Below, piece after piece: positions 1 to 12,300 of a stretch of DNA of 64,000 nt. How positions within the stretch are numbered: position 1 is the first letter of the stretch; the number at the start of each line of letters is the position of its first letter. Under the pieces are notes generated by a model that saw only the letters and a program-made list of their open reading frames with translations, did not search any database and was not told the origin of the DNA. This DNA is from Cetorhinus maximus (lineage: Eukaryota), in assembly GCF_964194155.1 (NCBI RefSeq), contig NC_135893.1, positions 24,180,001-24,244,000 of the forward strand. Reading direction: 5' to 3'. The translations under genes and the position numbers were made by a program.

Positions 1-1030
1 GAAATTCTGAAACATGACTGAGATACACTCCTAGCACATCTGCACAATCTCATATCCCTCACCTGGGAAGAGGAGTGCATGCCAGGGATCTCAGGGACGT
101 TGTGATCGTGACTATACTCAAGAAGGGAGACAAGTCTGACTGTGGTAACTATGGTGGAGTTTGCCTGCTGTCTGCCATTGCAAGGATCTTCCTCAATTGC
201 TCCTTCCAGAGTTGCAGTGCAATTTTTGCCCAGAGAGGCACAACAGGCGTGATCTTCACTGTGCAGCAAATTCAAGAAAAATCACGGAGCAGCATTAACA
301 ATTGTACGTGGCCTTTTTCGACTTCATGACAGCCTTTGACTCTGTCAATTGCAAAGGCTCAAGGAGTATCCTCCTCAACTTTAGCTGCGCTCAGAAATTT
401 GTCACCATCCTCTGCCTTCTCCATGATGACATGCAAGCCATGATGACATGCATGCCATGATCCTCACCAACGGAACCAGTATAGACACTATCTCAATGAA
501 GACTGGGGTCAAACCACCAAGCCTCTTCTCTATTTCCTTTCTGCAATACTGCACCTGACCTCCAGCAAATTACCCACAGGCATGGAGATAATTTACAGAA
601 CAGACAGGAAACTATTCAACCCAAAATCAAAATCACTCCAACCCCAGTCAGTGAGCTTTGGCATACAGATGACACGTGTGTGTAAGCTCACTCAGAAATT
701 GAGCTCCAGGTCATTGTCGACTCCTTGTATGAGAAAATGGGCCTTTCAGTAAACACCTGGGAATCTAAGATCCTATTCCAACCAGCTCCCACTGCATAAC
801 ACCTCTTGATTAAGATCAATGGCGAGATCCTGGAAAAAGTGGATCATTTTCCCTACCTTGGGAGCCTCCTCTTGACGAAAGCAGAAATAGATGGCAAAAT
901 TGATCATCGCCTCCAATGTGCCAGCTCAGCCTTCGGCCAACTAAGGAAAAGAGTATTTGAGAACCAGGATCTCAAACCTGAGACTAAAGTCATGGTTTAA
1001 TGGACAGCAGTGATCCCCATGCTCCAAAAT
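1..1030 (+). mobile_element. Decayed RTE-clade (BovB-like) LINE reverse-transcriptase fragment
   Basis: ORF pieces ILKKGDKSDCGNYGGVCLLS (75-329) and INGEILEKVDHFPYLGS...RLQCASSAFGQLRKRVF (806-1000) are typical RTE ORF2 motifs; broken by frameshifts and stops. Confidence 0.85.
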
Positions 1031-2054
1031 GCTACACAAAGATATAATAGTAATAATGATTGATATTTAGATTTGCACAGCCTTCAGATTGTCACGGGGC
1101 ATATTGGGGACTAACACAAAATTGAGAAAATAGCATATCAGTGCCAATTCGCTAGATATGACAACATTGCACACATCTAGTGCATAGACAGATCTTAACC
1201 CAGTACACTTGAATATTATACAAAACCTTGGGTGATATTTTTAATTCTTGATCTCAATTTGGTCGCACCACTACCAACACTAGTAGTGCTTTGTAATAAT
1301 TGAAGGTATAACCTTTCCTACTGCCTATCAGAAGTCATGTGATTGTTCTTGGAGGCTCCGACCAATGAGCCCTAAGTGTGGGTAATTTGGTGGGCAGGCC
1401 TTCCTATTGAGGACCTGGTTCAAGGATGTAGCATCTGAAAAGCTCTGTAATAACGTTCCCTTTCCAGTAGAAGCTTGTCTGGTACTTCAAGTCATTACAT
1501 AATTGTAACTATAAGTCCTTCGTCCTGGCTTATCCAACTTGCTCCAAACATAACAGGAGTTTGTAAACTCAAAATATATTATACTGCTCTTCAGAATTTA
1601 AACAGATATGATACAAAAGTTTTACTCATCCACTATTTATTGTACTTGCTAAAATCCACGTGACAATTATGCATTCCAGCACTTAATATAGTTGAGATTG
1701 CTATAAGGTTTTATACAACGCTTTATGTGACAAATCATATCACGGTTTAAACGAGGAGTATGAAATTTGTGATGTGATAGCATGCAGAAAAACATGGAAA
1801 GAAAAATTACCAGTTAGATTTGCTTTTCTTCTACTGGGCAGTGAGCCCATCTCAACTAAGAAAATTCACTGGTTGCTATGAAATTTAGAGATTAAAAGGA
1901 ATGAAAATAAACCATAAATGGTAAGAGCAGCTGGGTGAGAAAAGTGGCCTCAATGCGACTTAGGAAGGAGCAAAATAATCAGAATTCCGATTCATGATTA
2001 TTCGCCAGCAACTCATGCTTGGAACGCATGTACAAAATGTTGGGCCAGGACAGT

Positions 2055-2216
2055 AAAATAAAAGCAAAATACTGCGGATGCTGAAGATCTGAAATAAAAA
2101 CAAGTGTCATATTGGGCACGAAGAAAAGTCATGTTGGACCCGAAACCGTAACTCGGTTTCTCTCTCCACAGATGCTGCCAGACCTGTTGAGTTTTTCCAT
2201 CATTTTTGTTTTTATT
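2055..2216. mobile_element. Penelope-terminus mini-element with two termini in inverted orientation and a degenerate hammerhead (about 2119-2153)
   Basis: Left part aaagcaaaatactgcggatgctg (minus-strand terminus); right part gacccgaaaccgtaact...ccacagatgctgccagacctgttgagtttttcc matches the copies at 15296-15399 and 21639-21778. Confidence 0.7.
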
Positions 2217-2370
2217 TGGGTCAGTTTATTTATCGTTTATTTGGATTGGGGTTAGCTGGTCTTAATAGTCAAACAGTATACCAACAATCAATGTCTAGAT
2301 CCAGAGGCTGACCACTGAGGAATCAACACCTTGAGGAGAGATGGAGGGAAAATTACATTTTAATCTTTAC

Positions 2371-2396
2371 CTCGCCATTGGTCTCCATCTCCCGCC
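2371..2396 (-). CDS. Candidate first coding micro-exon (ATG at 2388, METNGE) of a minus-strand gene leaving the window; CCDC30 suggested by synteny only
   Basis: Minus strand reads t-tract-acag|GGCGGGAG ATG GAG ACC AAT GGC GAG|gtaaag: strong acceptor, strong Kozak context, phase-0 donor. Confidence 0.45.
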
Positions 2397-2939
2397 CTGT
2401 AAAAAAAAAACTCAACAGGCTCCCTTGACTCCTCCTCCTTCTCTCAGACCGTGACTCGACCTCATCGTGCACGGTCCTTCTGTTGCTGTCGCCAGAGTGG
2501 GGAGGATGCACCGAGCTCTCTGTGAGGCCGCCGAGCCAGGTCCCTGAATCCCTCGCAAGGCTGGAGAGTGAGGAGCAAAGAACCTGCAGCTAGGACTGCA
2601 TTTGTGGGTGTGTGTGTAAGCAGTTTAACAGCTTTCAAACTAAATATGGGAGAGAATTCCCCTCTTGGATGCACTGCTGATAGGTGCAATGCAATCACCG
2701 CCTATAATATATCTGCGTTTATATAATCTGCACATTGTGGACAAAGCAACAACAACTGAGCCTCAGCGACTCCCCCAGTTACCAGGCAGCCAGTATAGTC
2801 CACTCACACTATCGAGGGGAATACCCTTTCAAATGGGTGAAAAACTCAAAATACCCTCGCCTTAACATTAAACTTCACAAATATCATGAATACAAAACTA
2901 TTTTCACTTTCAGTATTAAAATAGATGGCTTATGATCTC

Positions 2940-3300
2940 TGAAATAGAGCGTAAGTGAGACCGTTCCTCCCCCGTCAGTTGCAATGGAATAGTCCCCCGC
3001 ATACCGGAAGTTGTCCGGCTAGAGAAAGATTCCGGGTAAGTGAATGAACACAAAGCAAAATATTGAAGATGCTCTAAATCCGAAAGTAATCAGACAAAAA
3101 TATGGGATCACTCAGTGTGTTAAGCAGTATCCAAGCAAAAAAAAAACAATTGACATTTCAAGCCGTTGGCCCTTCCTTTAAGACCAGTAAGTGAGCTCAT
3201 CACTGGCGCAAGGGGGGAACTGTTATATTTCGCCGATGTTGTTATCCGGTGTGTTAAAGGGAGGGAGCTGTCGCTGATCGTTGCCGTTAGTGACCATGCG
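2940..3300. promoter_or_regulatory. CpG-containing promoter of UTP3, probably bidirectional
   Basis: CpG enrichment, ETS motif ccggaagt at 3004, X-box-like gttgcaatggaat at 2978, immediately upstream of the UTP3 ATG. Confidence 0.6.
3052..3188 (-). mobile_element. Old, degenerate Penelope-terminus copy inside the UTP3 promoter
   Basis: aaagcaaaatattgaagatgct...caattgacatttcaagccgttggcccttc is colinear with 13702-13838. Confidence 0.5.
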
Positions 3301-3309
3301 GAGCCGGCG
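3296..3309 (+). CDS. UTP3: UTP3 coding exon 1 (MRSR)
   Basis: gaccATGCGGAGCCGGCG|gtgaga; phase 2 fits exon 2; resembles human MVGRSRR. Confidence 0.7.
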
Positions 3310-6300
3310 GTGAGAAATAGGCTGGTAACTGGGAGAGGCGGCCTGGGAATGGGAGCAGGGAAGAGGGAAAGGAGAAAGGGCGGGAGCTGGGGTAGGGGAG
3401 AAAGCTTGGGGAATACCGGGTGAGTGAGGCTGTTGTCGGGAAGGGAGGCTGAGCTTTTCCGCTGCTCCGATGCTTACTTTACTTCGAGTCCGTTTGTTAT
3501 CGGGCGTTAGACTCGGAGCTGTTGTTGTATCCAGCTGTAAATGAACGGCGTGAAACTTTAACCTTTCTCTCGGGAAAAGGGCACGCATCCATCCAGTTTA
3601 GACTGATGAAATGAAAGTGCTCTGACCGACGATAGTTAAGATTATCAGTGAAATGAGTTTCAGGTAGTCAGCCTAGTAGTTTCCAATGTGAGGGCTTCAC
3701 AACACACACAAACTCCCTTATTTGATATTCAGAAGACTACAGGGGCTTTATTCTGTAATGAGTTTTTACACCTGGTTCGTGAATGCTTATTCTATGTAAC
3801 TAACCAGAAAATTCCGCAGAACCATATAAATATGGAAAAATGCAAATCCGATTAGTTTCTCCAGCAGTGTCTTCACACTTGGGAATAAGAAGATGATGTA
3901 CATTAGTCTGTATTCATAAATCCACAAATGTCGGAGCTGTCTATGAGTTTATTTTAAATTGAAACAGAAAATGCTGGAAATACTCGGATGGTCTGGCAGC
4001 ATCTTTGGAGAGAGAGAAACAATTGATGCCTGTGACCTTACTTTTAAATTGATGTCTACTTAAAGGGGATCCAGTAGAAAAAAGCCCAAGCAACAGCAGC
4101 AGGTGGACGATGACAGCGATGACCCTCAGACATACAGCAAATTGCCAAATCCAAATATTGTGAGTATGAAAGGGATGAGCATATTTCTTAAGTGCTTTTG
4201 GGAGGGTTTGTATTTTAGTAATTTGAATTGATGACTTAAAATCCTACAGATATATAGAAGAACTGTAATGGAAATGCTTCATGACAGCAATGCAATTGAT
4301 ATACTTATGGACTTTCAAAGACCTTTGACTACCACAAAAAACTTGTTAGCAAAATTAAAGCCCATGGGATTAAAGGAACAGTATTGGTGTGGATATGAAA
4401 TTTGTTAAGAGGCAGAGAGTAGTGGTGAAAGGCCGTGCAATTACCAAGACTGCCTATTTCCACCTATGTAAAATTGTCTGACTCTGCCGCCTCTGCCTCA
4501 GTTCATTTGCTGCTGAAGCCCTCACCAATATCTCTTTGTAACCTCTAGACTTGACTACTCCATCACTGTTAAGCCTGGTTTTCCCACTTTCTACCTGTAA
4601 ACTTGAAGACATCCAAAATTGCTGACTGTATCCTAACTCTCACTAAGTACGCTTCATCCACACCACCGTGTTCCTCCCCAGCCATATTCGCTGACCCTCA
4701 TTTGTCCCCCAATTTAGCAATGCCTCAATTTTAAAATTCTTTTTGTTTTTAAAATCCTTCCATGGTCTCTCCCCTCCCTATCTCTGTAAGTTCCTCCAGA
4801 CCTACAATGCTCAAATATCTGCACTCCTCCAATTCTGACCACTTGAGCATCCCCAATTTTAATCATTACAAGATTGGTGGCTATGCTTTCAGCTGCCTGA
4901 GCCCTAACCTCTGAAATTTCACCCCTTAAACCTCTCTGCCTCTCTACCTCTCTTTCCTGCTTTTCAAGTGCTCCTTAAAATCTACTTCTTTGACTAAACC
5001 TTTGGTCATCTGCCCTAAACTCCCTGTAATTCCTTGTCAACTTCTCTCTGATTACACCCCTCTGAAGCGACTTTGGACATTTTACTATATAAATACAAGG
5101 TGTTGTTGTAGTTGTAGTATGCCATGATGTTCCCCAAGGATTGGCATTGGATCCATTACTTTCAATGTTTGCAGATGACACAAAAGTCCAAGGGAAGGAT
5201 ACACCATCCGTGTTTAATTAGAAAGGTTAAAGATAGCATCAAACTTAAAGAAAAAGTATATAATTGTGCAAAGATAGGTGGAAGGCCAGAAGATTGGACA
5301 GAATATAAGGAGCAGCAAAGGGAAAAATTAGGGTATGAGAGGAAGATAGCCAGACATATAAAAACAGATAGTAAAGAGTTTCTATAAATATCTTAAAAAG
5401 AAACAAGTTTACATAGTGAGTGTTGGTCCTATAGAAAGTGAGTCTGGAGAATTGATAATGGAAAACAAGGAAATGTGAGATAGTTGATGCATTGGTTTTA
5501 ATTTTCGGAAACTTCCTAGATTCGGGGAGGGTCCCGTTAGATTGGAAGATAGTAAATGTAACTCTATTATTCAAAAACGGAGGGAGACTAAAAGTGGCAG
5601 ACTACAGGCCAGTTGGCTTAACATCTGTCATAGGAAAATGTTAGAAGCTATTATTAAAGAAGCTATAGCAGGCACAGGATAATCAGACAGAGTCAACATG
5701 GTTTTGCGAAAGGGAAATTATGTTTAACTCACTTGTTGGAGTTCTTTGAGGAAGTAACAAGTACTGTGGATAAAAGGGAACCATTGGATGTATTGTACTT
5801 AGATTTCCAGAAGGCATTTGATAAAGTGCCATATCAAAGGTTATTGTGGAAAATCAAAGCTCTTGGTATAGGGGGTAACATATTGGCATGCATAGAAGAT
5901 TGGCTGACTAACAAGAAGCAGATAGTAGGCATAAATGGGTCTTTTTCAGGTTGGCAAGACATAACGAGTGGTGTGCCACAGGGATCAGTGCTGGGACCTC
6001 ACCTGTTTACAATTTATATAATGACTTGGATGATGGGATGGTTGCAAAATTTGCTGATGACACAAAGATAGGTAGGAAAGTAAGTTGTGAAGAGGACATA
6101 AGGAGGCTACAAGGGTACATAGGTTAAGTGAATGGGCAAAGATCTGGCAAATGGAGTATAATGTGGGAAAATGTGAAATTGTCCACTTTGGCAGGAAGAA
6201 TAAAAGAAGCATATTATCTAAATGGTGAGAGGATGCAGAGGGATCTAGGTGTCTTAGTGCATGAATTGCAAAAGGCTGGTGTGCAGGTACAGCAAGTAAT

Positions 6301-9300
6301 TAGGAAAGTTAATAGAATGTTATCAATTATCCCAAGGGGAATTAAACACGAGCATGGGGATTATGCTTCAGTTATACGGAGCGCTACATCAGGTGTACTG
6401 TGTACAGTATTGGTCACCTTATTTAAGGAAGGATGTAAATGCGTTGGAAGCAGTTCAGAGGAGGTTTACCAGACTAATACCTTGAGTGGGCGAGTTTTCT
6501 TATGAGGAAAAGTTGGACAGGCTAGGCTTGTATCCGCTGGAGTTTAGAAGAGTAAGAGGCAAATTGATTGAAACATATAAGATCCTATGGGGCCCTGACA
6601 GGGTGGATGTGGAGAGGATGCTTCCTTTTGTGGGAGAATCTAGAACTAGGGGTCACTGTTTAAAAATAAGGGCCACCCATTTAAAACTGAGATGAGGTAA
6701 AACTTTTTCTGAGGGTTTTGAGTCTTTGGAACTGTCTTCCTGAAAAGGCGGTGGAAGCAGAGTCTTTGAATATTTTTAAGGCAGAGGTGGATAGATTCTT
6801 GGTAAGCAAAGGGGGTGATTGAGGGTAGTTGGGATACAGATTTGACATTACTATCAGAACAACCGTGATCTTATTAAATTGTAGAGCAGGCTCGAGGGTC
6901 CGAATGGCCTACTCCTGATCCTTGTTCATATGTTCGTAAAACTAAGGAATTTAGTAAACAATCAGTAGGATATTGTCAGACTTCGAGGATATAGACTGAT
7001 GAACTGGACAAACACATGGAAGATAAAATTAAATGCAGAGAACTGTGCAGTGATACTTTTTGATAGGAATAACGAGAGGCCCTATAATCTAAATGATACA
7101 ATTTTAAAGGGGTTGCAGGAACCAGCAACCTGAGGGAATGTACACAAATCTTTGAAGGTGGCAGGACAAATTGTGAAAGCTGTTAAAGCATAAGGGGCCC
7201 TTGGTTTTATTAAAAGGCGTCGGGTCCAAAAAAGGAATTTATGCTAAGCCTTTTTAATAAAACACTGGTTATGAATGGATAGTTGGCAGTAGATTATTAA
7301 CTTGTCCATCTTAACAAAGGTGTATCTTTGGCAGTAGGGGACAAAAATACTCGCAAAACATAGAGCAGCCATTCTGCACTAGCAACATCCCACAAACTGC
7401 AGGAGGATAAATAACCAGTGATATTGACTGAAGAAGCAACGTTGTCTGGGATAACAACTTGCATTTATACAGTACTAATGTCATCCTTTATTAACAGAGC
7501 TACCCCACTACCTTTTCCTAGCTTCCTGTCATTCCAAAATGTCAAATACCCTTGAATATTCAGGCCCCAGCTTTGGTCACCTTTCAACCATCTCTTTATA
7601 ATGGCTATCAACTCTTATTTATTTCTGTCTGTGCTAATAATTTATCCATTTTGTTACAAATGCTGTGCACAGTTACAAAGCCTTTAACTTTGTCTTTTTA
7701 CCATTTTTGCAATCCCTGGCCTTATCTCCTGGTTGCACTCTTGAATTTATGTGTTCTGTCCCTTCCTGCCACACTTCATTATTATTACCCAATTCGTTGT
7801 TTTGTCACTTCCCTTTAATTCACCACATCATCTCTCACTTGATCCTTTCCCACCCCCCAATTATTTAATTTAAAGCCCTCTCCACCATCCTAGTTATACA
7901 CTTCGCCAAAATATTTAAACCTTGTTCAGGTGAAGACCATCCCAGCTTTCCCCAGTACTGGTGCCAGTGCCCCATGAATCGAAACCCATTTCTCCCACAC
8001 CAGTCTTTGAGCCATACATTCATCTATCTAATCTTATTTAGTCTACGCAATTCACTCGTGGCTCAGGTAATAATCCAGAGATTATTACCTTTGAGGTTCT
8101 GCTTTTTAATTTAGCCCCTAGCTGCTCATACTCCCTAAGCAGAACCTCTTTTCTAGTCATATCTATGTCATTCATACCCACATGGACCACAACAACTGGA
8201 TCCTCCCTCTCCCACTGCAAGTTTCTCTCCAGCCCCGAGCAGATGTCCTGAACCCTGGCACCGGGCAGGCAAAACAGCCTTATGGACTCTTGCTCTTGGC
8301 TACAGGGAAGTGAGCCCTGACTATATTATCCTCTACTACCACTACATTCCTATTTACTCCCCGCCACTTGAATGGTATCCTGCGCCACAGTGCCTTGGTC
8401 AGTTTGCTCATCCACCTTGCAAGGGCTGAGGCTCCTCCACTTCTACCTTCTCGACTCCCTTAACTGCCTCATGTGCAGTCATATCTTCCTGTCCCTGACC
8501 ACTGACCAAATCAGAAGACCCTATCCTAAGGGGTGTGACTACCTTCTGGAATAAAGTGGTCCAGGTAACTTCCCCCTCCCTGATGCATGTCCGAAGCTCA
8601 AACTGCAGCTTGTTAACTCTGAGCTGGTGTTTCTCAACCGATTGACGCTTACTACAGACATTCTTGCCATGGGTCACGTTGGTGTCCACAGCCTCTCACA
8701 TAATACAGCCATCTGCCTTGCCATCTTTATTATGTGTTAGTTTATTTTTTCTTATTTTATAATTAATAAGCGTAACTACTACTAATAAGCTTTACTACTG
8801 CTAGTAAACCTTGCTTTTACCAATAAAACCTTAAGGATTGCTAATAAATTACGCAAGTTTCAGAAGATAAATGAGAAAAATACCACCCAATCACTTACCT
8901 GTTTCAGTGTGATGTCGCCCATTGCTTTTTCTCAGAATTTGGCCACAGACTGGCATTCTCTCGCTCTTTTTAAAATGAAGTTTCACCGCACTCGGTGTTC
9001 GTTTTCAAAATGAAGCCTCTGCCACTCTCTGCGCTGTGTTTGCTTGAAAAACCAAGGAAACTGGGAGGACAAAAGATATCTTAAGAGACCTGAATCAGTT
9101 AAATAATTAAGAATATTCCTCAGGTGTGTGATTGCATAGTATGTATTGCTGGACTGGTATTTCAAATTATCAGCCACCTTTGAACTTGGCATGGTCAGTA
9201 CTGTGCTGCTAGCCAATTGGTTGCCACATTGAGGGTAGATAGGTGTTAACCTACCATACTTGCAGTTGTGACAATGAAGTGGAATGCGGGGCTGGAGCCA

Positions 9301-12300
9301 TTCTGTTTGACTTATTTCCTTTCTTCCCCTTGTAGAACTCTTCAGAATATTTTAACGATGACGTGGATGAATTTCATGAGAAGAAGCTCCAGGTGAGTTT
9401 GAGGTATTGTTCATGACTGTAACTCTGCAGTCAAGAAAAGCGTATTTTACTAACAGATGTGCAGTTGTACGTTAGTTGATCTCCCATGGTATTGCTCATG
9501 GGGAGTCAAGACAAGGATAATCTGCTGATGAAGCACAGTTAAGAGGCTGGAGGAACAATAATTGAAGTTCTGCTGTAACCTATTTAATAGCAAAACTTGG
9601 AATTTGGAGAATAGTTAGGATATAGGAATTTTTCTACAAGCTTGGACCTGCAAAGCCAAATTACTAAAGTGGCACTACTGGAGGAAAGGTGTAGTTAAGG
9701 TATGACAAATAACAATCTTTTATAAGATGATTGACTGAAAAATGACTAACATGTAACAGCAGGAAGTATAGTTTAGGAGACAGTGTGCTCAGAAATCAGA
9801 TTTTTTATACATAGATAGATGCACATATTATGTTCTGTGATTAGATATATGCATTGTTAGCAATTTTCCAAAATGAAACAATGGGCCGTAACTTCCGAGC
9901 TTCAGGATGTTGTAATAGGTGGAGTACCCCAAAGATGCGCTAGGAACCATCCGCAAATTGCAATTTTACATCAATAGTTACCCAAAGTTAGAAGAATTTA
10001 AACCACTTCTAGCTTCTGGATAACTATTGTACAGACCATGCTGGCCTCCACCACAGGGCTCTCCCCACACCCCCGAACACCCCAGGGGACTGCCTCTACC
10101 CCCACGCCCAACCACTCACCGCCACATGGGACTCCCCCAACTACCCCCGCCACCTCCTTTCACCCCCCCCGCCACCGCCCCCAAAACCTGTGACCCAAGC
10201 CGACAGGAACTTCACCAACTGGACCCAACTTTTTGCGTGGGAAGTCTGTGACCCGAGACAATAGCTAGCCTAGGCATAGGTTGTTGTAATGTAAGTAGGC
10301 CTAGGCCTACCGTATTTATGGTAGCTATGTCACATCCAAAGTTATCTGAATACCGATACACAATTGACCCCAAGGGTTTCAGATAAAGGATACTCGGCCT
10401 GTATTAACATGTTGATACTGTCTGTTGCAGACTTTATAAACCTGAATCATCCTTGTTGTCAGTGTTGACAGTGGCATTTTGTGTTACAGAAGCTGCTGGC
10501 TGATGGAGTCATGCTAGATGGTGCGAATGAAGACTCTGAGGATGAGGTGGGTGTGACCAACTCTACTGAGCTGACACTGAATCCTAGGGAGGATGTAACA
10601 GCTCTCAAAAAATCTTCATTTGTTTCCCAATTCACTGGTCTCACACACACACATACACACACACACTTTCACAACCTCCGGACTTACAGCCAATGACATT
10701 CCCACAAACTTCACTATGATACTGAACAAACCTGTTTTGCATGTGATCTTATACGTCCACCTGAGAAGTCAGAGAGGGCTTTGATTTAACATCACATCTG
10801 AAAGACGGCACCTCTGACAATGTAGTACTCTGTCCCTACTGCATGGAAGCATCAGACTAGATTCTGTCCTTGAGTCTCTGGAGTGGGTCTTGAACCCACA
10901 GCCTTCTAATCCAGGAGAGAGCGCCATCAACTGAGCCACAGCTGGTATGAAAGATGGACATGCCCACACAGGGCAAGTCTGGTGAGATGCTTATTTTTGT
11001 CCACGATCAGCGAATACTTACATCTGTGAAATCCTCCATTCTGTTAGATGGTCCAGTTGAATTTCCTGTTCTGTGAGTTATTGATGTTCAGAATGACAGG
11101 TAGTGGAACTCCTTGGAGCACCTGAGGTAGTACCACTACTATTTGTCAAGCCCACCTAAATCCTACAAGAATGCTCCAGTTTCCTGGGGCAGTTGGGCAG
11201 GCCCTTCTATAATTTTCCCTTCCTCTCAGCTGTCTCAGAATTTTTATGTCGGTACTTGATTTACTTCACCTGTCCCTACACATTTCAGCTCTGGTATTGT
11301 CTTGCACTGTAGGACTTGCCTCTTCATTAGGTGTGAATTAAAAGAAAGCTTGCCATGGGTCCTTATGTTGGTTGTTACTGTTTCCAGTGAATTAGTGCCT
11401 TCATCTTCATTTCCCTTGGATTATTATGTGGCATACATGCATTAAGGTAGAAGTTAATAGTGGCAATTAACCAATTAGCATTTTTCCCCTAAAATTTGCC
11501 ATTTGATCTACTTTGTCCTTAAACAGGAAGAGGTGATGCCCTTGGAGATTCCTGACTCTGAGGAGGAAGATGAAGATGAGGAAGATGTTGACATGGATAG
11601 TGACCTTGAGGGCAAATTGGAGGCTGGTGAGTGTACTGCTGCAATGCAGCAGATTTGAAATGATGCATCCAGTTTCAGCAAAACTCATCAATCGCTTTCC
11701 ACCTCCCCATTCTGAAATTCCTTTGGTTGAGATGAACTCCAATGAAGAAAAATCCTGTGCGATTGCAGGGAGGGGTTTGATGAATTATTCCAGGACCTTA
11801 GTGCCACAACATCCAGGATAAGGGTGCACTCAGTTTTATACTCCTCATCAGCACCCCAGAGCTAACTTTGATGGAGCTCTGTAGGGAAATGCTGTAGTGA
11901 CCTCTGGTGGGAATGGCATTCTGCAATACAAGAGGTAAATTGAACTGAAGTACCGTAATCCATCTAACTTTGAACAAGATGCCATTTACCTGTTTGGCTG
12001 CTCTTTTAAGGAACAGATTCTTAACTAAGGAGTGCGATTGATATTCCCATTTCTCGTTGACCAAGTAGTACCAGCTGCTGCATCCACCTCAAATTACTTT
12101 TTAATAAACCCTACAAAGTTATCTTGCCTTATAAATTCTGCAACTTTATTTTTTTTAAAAACTGATTTCTTATTCTGTGTTTATGAATCATCTGACGAAG
12201 TATGCACCCCTGCTTAAAACTGTCCCTGATAAAACATCAGAAATTGTTCTGCTGCAAGTGCTGAATTATTTGATTTTACAGTAAGGTTTATGTTTGCTTC

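Noticed and set aside
3598-3670. Possible intronic box C/D snoRNA (tgatga...ctga) in UTP3 intron 1, plausible for a ribosome-biogenesis host gene
   Set aside because: The C box lacks the leading purine, the nearest CTGA is only about 12 nt away, and no terminal D box with a closing stem is evident.
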